Part shown: positions 26,701 through 40,000 of the stretch, in pieces
Layout: every line of letters begins with the position of its first letter
Numbering within the stretch: position 1 is the first letter of the stretch
DNA from: Azolla caroliniana
Taxonomy: Eukaryota > Plantae > Polypodiophyta
DNA: 64,000 bases
Assembly: GCA_043228905.1 (NCBI GenBank)
Contig: JBHGNT010000004.1
Location: forward strand, 25,668,001-25,732,000
Direction: 5' to 3'
Translations under genes and position numbers: made by a program
The notes under the pieces: generated by a model
The model's input: only the letters and a program-made list of their open reading frames with translations
Told to the model about the DNA's origin: nothing
Databases searched by the model: none

Positions 26701-29700
26701 TAATAGTATATAATAACAGATATAGATTACACCTACATAAGGATCTGATTCAAAATCAAGTTCAAGTTGCCCTTGGTCATCCTCCCAAAGATTGAATAAA
26801 ATGATCTTTGTACCTTGAAAATTCATTCGGGAGAACTGCAGAAAATTAAAGAATATACACATATTTATAGATTTAAAAATGTTCTGGATATTCTCGTATG
26901 GGCATTGTGCATTGCTTATTAACCATCCAATTAGATATAAAGGATGCTGGAAACCTGATTCAGCAAATCTGATTCAGTCGAAAATGGTGACCATTTCATA
27001 ATGGTTTTCATATTACAATCCCAATCATCTACACAACTCCTAATAAGTTTCTTCAAACCAAATGGCCGAATTTCATAGTCAATCTGAAAGAAACAGTTGT
27101 AGACTTCATGGTAGCAAAACAGTTATATTATCAGGTTAGCGTAGAATCACAAGTTAATATATACCATTGGAACGATAATGTCTTCTTGACAGGTGTCCCT
27201 GAGGAAAGAATATGAAAGCAAACCTATGCTTTGCGTAGCACTGCAAACAGATAATATCCTAATTTCAAGTCGTGTTAATTTGGCTTATGTTGATGTTGAC
27301 TCTAAGATAAAACTTACGGAACCCCTTTCAATGCTTGGGAACGCGAGAACACAATAACATCCGATCCAAGCCTCATTGTGCTGGTCTTGAAACCATTGCC
27401 GTCTGTTTAAAAAAAGAGGGATTACTCATTACTCTACTGTATCTTTCGTATATAAAAAAGTTGCAATCTTACACTGGCCGATTGTATTAGCACTCTTGCT
27501 CTTGGCAGAATATCCAAGAGACATGCATTGCCGCATTCTATCTGGATTCATGCCACCACCATCATCTATATAACATTGATATAGCTTTTAGAGTACAATT
27601 CTGAGACAGCACATCATGAAGTAAGCTAAGACTATTTTATATTGCATAGTTTTACCAGCAACATCATCTTGATCAACAAACGGATTTATTATGCTAAAGT
27701 GTTCACAAACCTTCTATAATTAGCATAGGTTCCCCATCATGAGGATTTTGGACCATATCAACATTCACAAAAGTTGCACCATTGCTGACCTGGATACATC
27801 TACAGATTATTGTTTGAAGTAAATGGCAAGAAGATATATACCCTTTAGTACACAGGAATAATTACCTCATCTAAAGCATTATCCAAGAGCTCTGCTACAG
27901 CTGAAAATTTGGAATAAAAAGATCTTAGTCAGTGCACTATAAACAAAAAATCTCCTCATAACATTTCAACTTAAGAAGATCAATACCACCAAGGGCCCAT
28001 TTGTGACTGGTGGCATTTGAATGAAGAAACTTGGGATGAACACGAACATGATCAATTCCACCTGTTACAGCATACTCATAAAAAATAGCATCCATGGCAA
28101 GTTGTGTCTGCTTAACACGAAAAGAATTCTCCGATGATGGTAAAATCATCTGAAAAATACTGGAAATAATACTTTACAATTGTACTAAAATATACATTTA
28201 AACACAAACCCTAAAAATGTCCTCAAGGAAACATAGTTCCAGGCACTAATGTTTAGTTTGTATTCAATGCTCTATGATCTTAGCCTCGAAATGAATTCGA
28301 ATTGAAATGACTTTAATCCAAAAACCAATTAGGGTTATGGAAACCTTGAGAACTTCAAGCCATAAAGTATCCCTGTTGACAATCACTTCAATATAGAACA
28401 GGTCAGTTAAAGGGACGAAGACAAACAAGACAAGAAGAAAGGCAGAATGAATGGTAAATGAGTATTGAGTACTGAGAGAGCTTAAGAATGAGGACTAATT
28501 TCAAGCCTACGGACTAATGACAGGAAGACCTCATTGTAAAGAGGAAGGTGCGTGCCTTCATTGCATCATTCAACACAATGCTTGGCATTTAGTGATAAAT
28601 GTAGCACTAAATATTTCATAACTTTATTACTAAAGGCATGGCATTCTAGACCTCTATCTTTTGTGATTCAAGTGAAGAGAGAAAGATATATTAAACCCTA
28701 CATGAGGCCCAAATATGAGATGCATCATGATAATCTATATTGCAACAAAAATAACAGGTGTAGGTTTCCTAAAGATCCATGAAAATGATCATATTAATGA
28801 ATGCAGTAGAATGGTTCTTGATATGATTTACAAAACATGAACTGCATGTCTAATATGTATGGGACGATTAGTAATGAGGGGAGATGGTATCCCAGGTTAA
28901 TTGGTGTGACGGACTGAGGCTATGGTAAAATTCCCCAAGTGCTTATGAATATCCACAGGCAAATTGAACATGGCGAGCAATTATGATCTCCAATATATGG
29001 TGTTATATGGCCCATGTGCTTTTATATCCTATTCTAGCAGTTTCCATTGTCGTCAGCATTCCAGTGGAGATGCGGAGAGGCAAGACTGTCGAAGAAGTCA
29101 GAGATGTATGATTGTCTTTGGATCTTCTGTGACAATATAAATGTTAATTGCCTATATTTGGATAACATAAGTTGGAGCTTGTACCCAATTTTGGGATGAA
29201 GTTCACAAGATGAGGTGAAGACTAACATTGTCAAGCCAGAGGGTGGAAACACCCGACAACTTGGAAATAGACACAGGACTGTTTAGATGGAGCTTTGGAA
29301 CTGAACTATCTAAAAGGAACTCCACCAAATTGAGATATTCTTAAATCTATCCAAGCAATTGGCAAGTAGAGTAAATAAAGGAAGATAGATGTGAGATGAC
29401 ATTAACATCCAAACGAGATATTCATCAAAAAATTGACAAAGCAAATGAGACTAATTGCGAACTTGGTTTTAAATTGTGGAACGAAGGGCGAGGAAGCGCA
29501 ACATTAGGGAATGATGGGTGACTAAGGTTTTAAATGGTTTATAGGTTGAGGGAAAGGAGTTACGAGCATAAAGATTGGGAAACTAATACAAGCTCCCTAT
29601 CTTGAGAATAGATCTTTCACAAAGCCAATATACATGTAACACGCATTTTCAAAGAAACCAAGTGACAAAGATATAGCATAATAAGCCGACTTCCTCGGTA

Positions 29701-32700
29701 CAAATATGTATGGTACTATTGGTCACACTTGTCCTATAAGGACATACATGACTCTATACAATTCAATAGAGCAATGCCATAGTTTACACCATAGTACGTA
29801 ATATACTCGAATGCATTGGCAAACATTCTTTTTCATACGAATTCAAACGAATGCGTATGTTATTAAAACATTCTTATGTTTTTTTATTACACTTTTTACT
29901 TTAAGTTTCTTACCTTAAAAAAATTTACCTTATAATAAATAATGAATACAAAAGTATGGTATTTACCATACTTCGAGGGTGTTTACTATACTTGAAGGAT
30001 TGAAACATTCTTGAAATGCAAATGCAGGTATGGTTCATGCTATGGTTTGCACACAACCATATTTAAATCTCTATATCTCCCTACCTCTTTTCCATATTTC
30101 CACATGATATCATAACACACTTTCTTTAGGCAAAACTCAAGCCATTTCTCACATAGGATCTCATAGAAGCCAACCTCCAATAAGTTAATAGGCTATCACA
30201 AAAGCCAAGCACTCACAAAATCTTAACTTATTACCTTTTCAAGTCATGCAGATCCTTGTTTTTGGGATGAATCTAGACAACTCTTTACAACCATAGCCCA
30301 AGGCTTCCCCTCATCCTTACCACAAAACTTCCTCCATAGGAAAACAACAATTAGCAAGTTAAACAACACCAATCAGATAGAGTATGGAGTGGCAAAATGA
30401 TACTACTCTTCAAACAAACAAAACTTTGGCTTGTAGTTAGAGGGTATAGAAGTAAAACCCAACACATTTGATCACATTTTTACAAGATGGGAAGAAACGG
30501 ACTTAGCAGCTCAATTAGAAATAAATTCCAACTTGGAAGATCAACAGTGGATGCCATTAAAAGTTGTAGCACTGCAAATGCTATGGGGATGGATTTGAAG
30601 AACAAATTCGAACCAACAAGTAATGATAATGTCATGTCACTAAACTCCTTGGTTACACTAAAATGCAAGAAGATGATGACATGATACCATTTATGAATGC
30701 ATGGAAAAGCAAAATAGACGATTGTCTTACCTCAGGAGTAGAAATAGAATCAAAACTGTAGAGGCTCCTTTCATTAGGTGCCTTACCACTATCTTGTAGG
30801 ACTTTTGTAACTCAAAACTCCAACACAAATGTCAAACTCATTGATCTCGTAATATGTATTAGACAAGAAGAGGCCATAACAAAAGCACGAAAACTTGAAC
30901 AAACATAGAACACATCGACAATGTTTGCATATAGAACTAAACAGCCATGCCAAAATAAAAAATAAGAATATAGATCTAAAATTTTCTAGGAAATCCCAAA
31001 GTAAAACAAGGTGGCCTAAAGTTCTCCAAGATCATTTGTAATAACTGCATCAAAATAGGACATATATGAGATCAATGCAAACATGTGTATTTGTTTATGT
31101 GTGTGTTGATCTCATGTATGCCCTATTTTGTTGTTGGAGTTATCATGGAGCAAATAAAGCCACATGTTTTAGTTTAGAATATCCTAGAAAATTTCTAGAT
31201 CTAATAATATTTTGATTTTTTATTTTGGAATGATTGTTTAGTTTTATATGCGAACATTGCTTATGCGTTTTGTGATTGTTCAGGTTTTCACGCTTTTCTT
31301 ATAGCCTCTTCTTGTCTAATGCAATTTATTAGGTCAATGAGTTTGACATTTGTGTTGGATTTTTGATGATAGTGCTCTAAGATAGTGGTAGGGCACTAAT
31401 AAAATGAGCCTCTACAATCTTGATGCTATTTCTACGTCTGAGAAAGACAATCATCTAGTTTTCTTTTCCATGCATTGATACCTGATATCATGTCATCTAT
31501 CTTTTTACATTTTTAGGGTAACCATGGAGTTTAGAGACATGACATAATTTCCATTAGTTGTCGACTCAAATTCATTCTTCAAATCCGACCACATAGTGTT
31601 TGCTGTGCTACAATTTCTACTGATGTCCGCTTGTTGATCTTTCAAGTTGGAGATTATTTCTAATTGGGCAATTATGACCTTTTGTTCTGATGCTATAAAA
31701 TTGTGGTCAAATGCATTGGGTTTTGCTTCTATACCCTCAATTACAAGCCAACGACTGTCTTGTTTAATTGAAGAGTAGTGTCATTTTACTACTCCATACT
31801 CTGTGATTGGTGGTGTTTAACATGCTAATTGCTTGTTTCCTATGTAGGAAGTTCTGTAGTAAAGATCAAGAGGGGGATGCGTAGGCCATGGCTATAAGAG
31901 GTTGTTAGGATTCAGCCCAAAAACATGGATGTGCAAGACTTGAAAAGGTAAGAAGTTCGATTTTATTATTGCTAGGCTTTTGCGATAGCCTATTGACAAA
32001 TTGGCGGTTGGCTTCTATCAGAGCCTATGTGAGATATGCCTTGATCTTTGCTTAAAGAAAACTTATTCTCTTATACCATGTAAAAAATGAAAAAGAGACA
32101 GGGAGACAAGGAGGTTTGAAGTTATGTAATCTAGTTGTTTTGAAAATTGTCTCTGCCCTATTGACTTGTAGAGAGTCATGTATGTCCTTACAGGACAAGT
32201 GTGACTGTTCATATGAATAGTCATGACTATTTTAAGATCTATTTTATCATTGTTCATTTTCATAGTAGTTTGTTTCTTTTTATCATTTTTCTTTGTAGTT
32301 TCCAACAAAATATTGCCTTGAATAAAATATAGGCTACAATGACGACACTCAAATGAACACCAACATCTCCCTAGAGCTCTTGTATCCAGGTCAACAAAAA
32401 TTATCCCAACAAGAAACTAATATGTAACTAGAAAAGGGTTAAGAGTGAATCATGATTTGAACCAAAAACAAAAACAATGATCTGGAGACTATAATTGAAG
32501 GTGGCATTGAAAACGGTATTAAGAGTGACATCTAGATGAGTAAGAGTTGATCCACCGAAATTAAACACAATCACTTCATTGTTTAATCCAAGTGTACTAC
32601 ACTCCGAATCGGTGTTTCATCCAAACGTACAAGGACTCAGGACATGTTAACACTAAAAACAAGTCGGATAGAATCATTACTATCAAGAGGCTCAACTGTT

Positions 32701-35347
32701 AGTATGTTTACCAAAACCACAATCAAGACTAAAATAATATTTACGGTACTAGGTACCCATCAAAGGGGCACAACACACAAGTAAGGTGCCACCATAGTCA
32801 AAGATTAGGTCATGCCAAGAGCCCTTCCACCAGATTAAGGAGTGGATTTATCCCAACCCACTATTTCCATTTTCAACGAGTGTGATTGTGAGCGCATCAA
32901 TGTGATTGCACTTCTTTCTGACTTATGGATGGTGTCCAAATGTGACCTTGGTCATCGGCCATTACCCATCATTAATAAATTTCCCATTATTGAGTGTTAA
33001 TGTGTTTGCAATAGTGCCTGAAACTTAGTCTACTATAGGGAGAGAACAAATGGTCTAAGTAGCATATGTTCTCACATTCATATTATTGGGTTGTGTTGGC
33101 TTCCATTCTACTTAGTTAGAGTAAACATGCATGTAAATTGTGTACGCACTTCAACTCCAACTAAGAACTATCAAACGACTCAATTGCATTGTCTTCATAG
33201 TTCTCAACTGTCAAATTTGACTAAACTTACAAATGTTGAAGAGGGCATCAGACGAAGCCTTGGGTGATGTAACAAAGAGAACAATCAAAATTAGGAGAGG
33301 TACAACGTGATATATATGACAAAATACCTTTTCAAGGTAAAAAAAAAACACTAGAACTTTACAAGCCAAGGGTATATTGTTGTCCATAAGTACCCCAAGA
33401 TGAAAGGATTAAGAGAGGTAACCTCACATCTTTATTCAAAGTGGCTTAACTCTTCTAAAACTATGTGTTGTAGATTTCAAAGTACATATGTAATTCATGA
33501 CCTCCTGGTTACAAAATGCGTCAACTCCCTTAGGTGACTTGATTAGATGGATGACAAAAACCACAACTTTGGTTTAAGCCATGTTGACAACTAGGCCACT
33601 ATGTTCACACAAACTGTTGGCCATATTACTTGAGAGAGTTTGTCAAAGTACAACATCATTCGTGAGACTCAATGAAGAGAGATTGAAGGCATGGTGAATT
33701 TGTAGTGAAGACCATGCGTAGACTTGTAATAAAGCATATGATATAATATTTTTATAAAGGACCTCTCGGATGCAACAAGGGTGGTGATTCCCACAACATA
33801 ATCCTATTAGGTTGATTAGGAATCTATTTATACATTGCACTAATGATGATACACTAAGTTGGGAGAGCCAACTTTAATATTTCTTAATATGAAGAAAGTG
33901 TGGAATATCTCTCACTGTTACAGTTGGGAATCGGGATTATATATAGTAAAGCCCTAACTGAGTAACGTATTCACACTAGAGATATAAATTGGGTGGAGTC
34001 GGCCTTTTATGCCAAAGAAAGAGAGAGATCTTTTTGTTGGCTACATATTTTTGTGTAAAGTATGCTTACTCATAAAGAGAAGTTGTAACGTAATTCTCTT
34101 TATCTGTGAGATTTCGGATTTTTCCCCTTTTTAAGGTGAGGTGAGCCTAGTCTCTCAAGTTTTTCCTCCATTGCATGCTAAATTAGGTTTCGCGACAGCA
34201 CTATGTTGCCAATTCTAGTAAAGAAGTGCCATTAAGCCTGTCAAATTGGTTTATACGATTGGCAGCATATATATGAAAATCAATTACCTATCGGTCTTAG
34301 TAACGTGTCGGCAAGATGAAAGATACAACGAAAGCATAAACAAAATTCAAGCTGAGGTAAGTTTTTTCAAACATCATGATATGTTGTTAAGACCTCCCAA
34401 TTTAGACTTTAGCCATGCATCTGAACATGAACCTCTGAATATAAAGATATTTAAAGTTAATTCAACCAATTCAGACAGACGGCATAAGATAGATAATAGA
34501 TATAACCAAAAAGGCATGTTGTATGAAAGTTAAAATGACAAACCCATAACATATGAGAGATGCAACGATAACCTAACCATAAATTTATGAAAGCTTTAAA
34601 TCGTGACTTACCAGCAGCAGATATAACCAAAGAAGAATGAGGTTTTCCTTCATAATTGCCGGCTTTCCAGAACTGCCTACTTCCAAGATTAACTTGTGGA
34701 AGAGTGAGAGCGAGACGCAATTGACATGAGAGTGCTAGAGGTAGCACAGCTGCAGATATTCTGCAATTTTTATTATTGTCGTTCTCCACTATCGGAAGAG
34801 GTTCGAGAAAATCATCGGGAAGCTGATTCTCGGGTGTATCTTGCAATGGTGTTCTTTCACGGGAATTTGCTGAAATTTCTCCTTGGAATGGATCTAAAGG
34901 AGTGTTCTTGCAATGCGAATCTGCCGCAAGTACTTTGGAATAAGAATCCGACGGCGGAGCTTTTCTGTAACAAGAATCTAATGGAACTTCTTCTTCGCAA
35001 GAATTTCCTTTTGGATTAGAATCTGACAGAGCTTCGGTAATGCCCCCAGAACCTGGCATTAAAGCCTCTTTGCAAGAAGAATATGATGGGATCTCTCTCA
35101 AGGAACCTGAAGGATTATTTCGACAATGGGAATCTGATATATAAACTTCTGGTTCACGGAGATCTGAGAGCGTGATCTTCTTCACGGTGAATGGAGGAGA
35201 GGACATAAGAGTGCAGGAAATGTTGTTACAATCATCAGTAATATGCAGATCAGATCGATACTCACTTCTATCCTCCTCGAGCTTTGCTCGCTTGGAAAGG
35301 GGCGGAGAATTAGGGAGAACGATGTGAAATGGCTTCTCTTGCATCAT
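23768..35347 (-). CDS. MORC: MICRORCHIDIA (MORC) GHKL ATPase, MORC4/7-like
   Basis: About 20 coding exons: 34612-35347 (...RQFWKAGNYEG), 27987-28061 (DHVRVHPKFLHSNATSHKWALG), 27866-27900 (AELLDNALDE), 27711-27789, 27473-27565 (DDGGGM), 27318-27402 (YGNGFKTSTMRLG), 27165-27240, 26955-27083, 26737-26835, 26558-26659, 26317-26478, 26095-26190 (GFNVYHKNRLIK), 25954-26005, 25728-25839 (VLEANFVEPAHDKQGFE), 25582-25658, then less certain C-terminal exons down to a stop near 23768. Confidence 0.93.
24210..24425. repeat. Intronic minisatellite, ~50 bp x ~4.5
   Basis: Repeated tcatgaaaa.gaaca.att.tc.cggacatacat. Confidence 0.8.
29790..30025 (-). mobile_element. Short AT-rich dispersed repeat (MITE-like), copy B, in MORC intron 1
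   Basis: Inverted homologue of 22940-23170. Confidence 0.65.
30121..32060. repeat. Long imperfect inverted repeat (arms ~30121-31075 and ~31105-32060); candidate hairpin-RNA locus
   Basis: Arms are collinear reverse complements over ~950 bp, e.g. tttctttaggcaaa / tttgcttaaagaaa, ccaacacaaatgtcaaactcattga / tcaatgagtttgacatttgtgttgg, catatatgagatcaa / ttgatctcatgtatg. Confidence 0.92.
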
Positions 35348-35418
35348 AGCTATTCAAGAAATGGAAATATATAGACTTGAGTCGATTCTGTCTTTTTTGG
35401 ACAAGTATTGTTGTTGTC

Positions 35419-35516
35419 GAATAAGAGAGAAACTATATAAGGCTATGGTTTCTTGCTATGCGATGCTTTAAAATCCTTCTCGAATAAGAGAGAAACTATA
35501 TAAGGCTATGGTTTCT
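35419..35516. repeat. 35 bp direct duplication upstream of the MORC start codon
   Basis: gaataagagagaaactatataaggctatggtttct occurs twice, 63 bp apart. Confidence 0.85.
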
Positions 35517-37042
35517 CTCCCTCATTCACTCACTCTCCGTTCCATTTTAATCCTGTACTGTCAGGTTTTATGGTTTCTTGGTCAGTCTTTTCTAGAAAGA
35601 AATACAGACACACATTCTCTTTCTAATAATCCTGTACTAGCAAGAAGCTTTCTTCTGCGTTATGTAATTCTTTTCAATATTCATGTACTGCACACACATG
35701 CAAATTAGTGAGCAGAGAAAGCTCTCATGTAATCAGATTAATGAATAAGAAAAGAAAGCAACGTTCCCTCCGAAACCAGTATAGCATTAGCAAAGAAGAC
35801 AATGATGAGGAAGAATAAGTATCATTAAAGATATTTATGATGACCTGCAAGAATTAGAGAAGATTGAAGGAGAATCAAAAGCAAGGAAGGGCATAGGAGT
35901 TAAAAGCATGCCTTACAACAAGAGATGTCTGCTGTTGCTTTTCTTTTTCTTTTCTCTGCTGCTGCTGATCACAAAAGTAGTGTCTGCAGACCAAGAAAAT
36001 CAGATCAAGAAGAAAGCACCAGACAGACATATTAAAAAGCTCTTCTAATTTATAAATTACTTATACATGTATAATGTATATATGCAAAACATAAAAATAA
36101 TAGAGTATATATGTAACACCAATAAACTTAAAAATAATATATATAGGTTATAACTGTAAATATTATTATATTATTATATATATATATATATATCCAAATA
36201 ATTATAAAAGCTATTTATGTACAAATCTATGCATGGCCACCTTTTCTTTACCTCATAATAAAATGTTTTTCTTTATCAATTTTTTCTAATATATGTTTTT
36301 ATTAATTTACTTTAGTTAATTTTTATTGAACTATTTTTACCAGTTTTATTTATTTATTTATTTTTACTACAAATATTTATTGATTTTCATTTATCTATTA
36401 TTAATCTATTCTAATAAGTGTTTTTTATTTTTTGCTATGGTGTATTTATGGTCATGTTATTTTGAGTATCCATGATCAAGATTTTTTTTTGTATCTCTTT
36501 TGTGTCGAGTGATGTCATGGCGCAAATGGGCCATAAGAAGAAAGCTTGACATGCTCAAGCATGGTAGGATCAACGCGAACGAGGAGTTGATTTAGGCAAA
36601 CACCAAATTGGTCCACTAGTTCGTGTGCTTGCTGATGCAACGTCTCAAGTTGTTGTAATGCCGTCCAGGCTAAATTTTTATGGGCGAAGGTTTGCACAAG
36701 GAGGTCCAAGGGGATCACCCAGTTCCTTGTCACTTCACTTGCTTGTTGTACGTATCAGGTGGCAGTGACATTTTTGAGTAGGGTGTTATCCGTGGGATTG
36801 TAAGTGTATAAGTGTGTTGGTATATGGATAGATAAGTGAAAAGTCTTTGTATTAAAAGTCATGTTGTAAGGGTATGTGCAAATGTGCACACGAGTAAGTG
36901 TGAGCATATTATATGTGTAAACACATGCACATTTGTGTGCATGTGTTCAAATATGATGTTCTTAGATTGTGATCCTCATGTAATGTACCTATATAGCCCC
37001 ACCATAGGGGACATTAATGAAGTAAAAGATTTACCTCTCAAT

Positions 37043-37045
<3 letters not shown>

Positions 37046-37092
<47 letters not shown>
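37046..37092. repeat. (TC)n microsatellite at the LINE 3' end
   Basis: Direct reading. Confidence 0.95.
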
Positions 37093-37096
<4 letters not shown>

Positions 37097-40000
37097 AAAT
37101 CAATGTTTGTTATTAAAACAAGATGATAATACAACCATTGGTATCTTCACTACTTCATAAAATTATAGTGATAGTGCAAGGGAAACCCTCTCAAGTGTTG
37201 TAAAACTAGATGACATAAGTCTATCTCCTCTTGGGACAAGATCCCCATACAACATAGTTCTGAAAATTGCCCAATCAATTTCCCTTTCATCCTATGGAGT
37301 TATTGTGTTATCCCACGAAGTCCATCAAGCAAGAACTCATTTCTCATGGTCCAATTAAACCACATCCCCCAATATCTAAGGTAATAAAAAACCACCTTAT
37401 ACGATGGTGTGGGCATATCTTTATCCTCATCCATAAAAACCCATTTATAAGTTTACAAAATATTTCTTGTTATTGATGCCCAAATTTGTGAGATAATCAC
37501 CCAAATGGCCTTAGCAACCAAACATGTAATGAACCTATGTCTGGCATCTTCTTCAACCACCATACAGAAAAAACATGTCCCATTCGAAATATGTCTTCAT
37601 TTTAAGTTCATCTCCAAAGGCAACCCACCAACTATGGCACGCCAAAGAAACACCGTTGCACGGAATGGAAGATGAGATTGCCACCCTACATCTAAAACTC
37701 TACGCCACCACTTTACATTTCTAGTAATGCTCCATGTATCCAACACCTTATTTGCTAACCAAGCTCTATCTTCAACCAACTTATAGTAAACATCATTAGT
37801 GTGCACCACATAAATCAATTTCCCATTACCAAATGACCAATCTTTCCATGGTTCCTGGACCACCAACTCTAGAATTGGGAAAACCAATCTAGGCAATGCC
37901 AATATTGATTGCCAAATATACCCATATCCACATGGTATATGAAACTTATTTCTGATTGTCTGAAAGGCCATCATTTTCCTACGTGACTCTAAAATACCAT
38001 CTTCTACAGTTACCAAACCTAGCCTTGCAATTCGATTGAGCTGTGAATTTAGACTTTCTTTTCCCTCCCAGTGTAATATCCTTGAAGCTGCCAACACTTC
38101 TTCTGCCAAGGAATTTATATCTTTACCGTTGTCGTAAAGGGATATGACCAATTGGTGCCACCACGATTCCACACTTGCCACAACTACAACCACGCATCTC
38201 AACTTGGTTCAGTGATCCATCACTCCTTGGAGATCCACCTGATTCAACTCATTGGAGTTGATTTACATTCTAGACTCAAAGTTCTTTAGTATTATTGTTC
38301 TTAGGGATTTATTTGCATTATTTTGGAACAAATGTTGTGTAGTCAAAACCATGTAATGTATTTCATGTGCACCATATAACGCACATGCAAAGTTTCTCTA
38401 CATGTGTGCCACATGGCCCACATGCTTTATATCGCGCACATGCACAAGCTTCTCTAGGTGTGTGCCACGTGGCCTACATGTAATGACATCGATTTAGTAA
38501 AAGAGGGGAGGATTATTGTCATGGAGGGGGGGGGGGGAGAACAATCAAAGAGTTCTATTTTGTAAAGGGTTTATCTCTCGAAGAAATAGTGAATTTCCTA
38601 TTTTGGCATTTCTTCTTCGTCTGTGTTTGAGGAGTAGCGTTGTATGGTATTTTCCTTATAATTCTCAATTCTGACGTCTGTTTTCGATGTTCTATAGCTC
38701 GTTGGAAAGCTCTTCCAGAGGGCTTTCCAATCTGTGTTTTCACATTTAATTTGGTTACGTAGGTAGAACGATATAAGGTTTTTTGTCTTCACGAGTAGGG
38801 TTGCAAACCACTCGTGACTATTAAGATACTTCTGGCTCAACTTCCCACTCTTCTCTTTCATCTTCTTATTTCCACTCTCCTGGTTCAGAACTCCAGTGGT
38901 TCCGCCCGGACACGCCAAGGTCTTATACGTGACATGCTTTGACACGACACCGCACTCAGGAGGCCTCCAATTAAACAACTTCAAACACCGCGGCCAAGAA
39001 AGCACCAATTGTTGAACCATATTAGATTCTGAACACTTAAATTGTCGAGTACTATTAACAACATGCCACTACGAAGCTGTAATTCTCGTTTTCCCATGGT
39101 AAATACCAACCTTTTCCACAAAATAAGTAATTATTTCTGCCCAAGGTTGGGTACCTAGGCACATACCTTTCAAAAGATTAAATCTTCGAGGCACCAGATG
39201 ATCTTCTAAATTTAGCAAAGCAGCACCCCCTAACCATGTTGGGGTACAAATAGTGTTCCATGATACCCAACTCATACCAAGGTTTGTGTCTTTCTTCCAA
39301 AGTGTATATTTAAGTGAACAAACTAAATGATCAAGTGATTTCTTTGTCCATGGTAACAATGGTAAAAAATAAGAAATCATTGGAATCATTATAGCTTGTA
39401 CCACTTTGAGACGAGTACTAAACGGCCATGCTTGAGACTTCCAATACATAAATTTGTCCAAAATGGTTCCGGATATCCAATTCAAACATTGTGATGAGGA
39501 GATATCAACACCAATAGGGTAACCTAAGTGTCGACACACATTCCCTTGATCTAATATTTGGCCACCCCATCCAAGATCAACCAAATCACTCTCAGTGCAT
39601 CTAATGAGCATTGACTTCTGCATATTTATATGTAATCCAGGCGCCAATGTGAACACATTCCACACCTCCATGGCTTTAGCTATGTTATCAGGTATTGCTT
39701 TGAGAAATAAAAATGAATCATCAGCCAATGCTTGGGCGATCAAATGTTTCCCTGATGGTAGAGCTAATCCAACTATTTCCCCATGTGTCGCCAACTCATG
39801 CATCCTCACCAAAATCAGGTTTGTAGCAATTGCAAATAATAGTGGACTCAATGGGCATCCTTAGTAACTCCACCATTTAACATAATGTGTGACACTGCAC
39901 CTAATCCCACCAACAACGATATTCGAGACATCCTTTCCCCAAAACCCATATGAGACATAAGTTGAGTAATAAAAGACCAACTTACATGATTGCATGCCTT

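Noticed and set aside
28900-29500. Possible retroelement fragment in MORC intron 1
   Set aside because: No convincing motif.
33300-34250. Possible solo LTR in MORC intron 1
   Set aside because: Could not define termini or a TSD.
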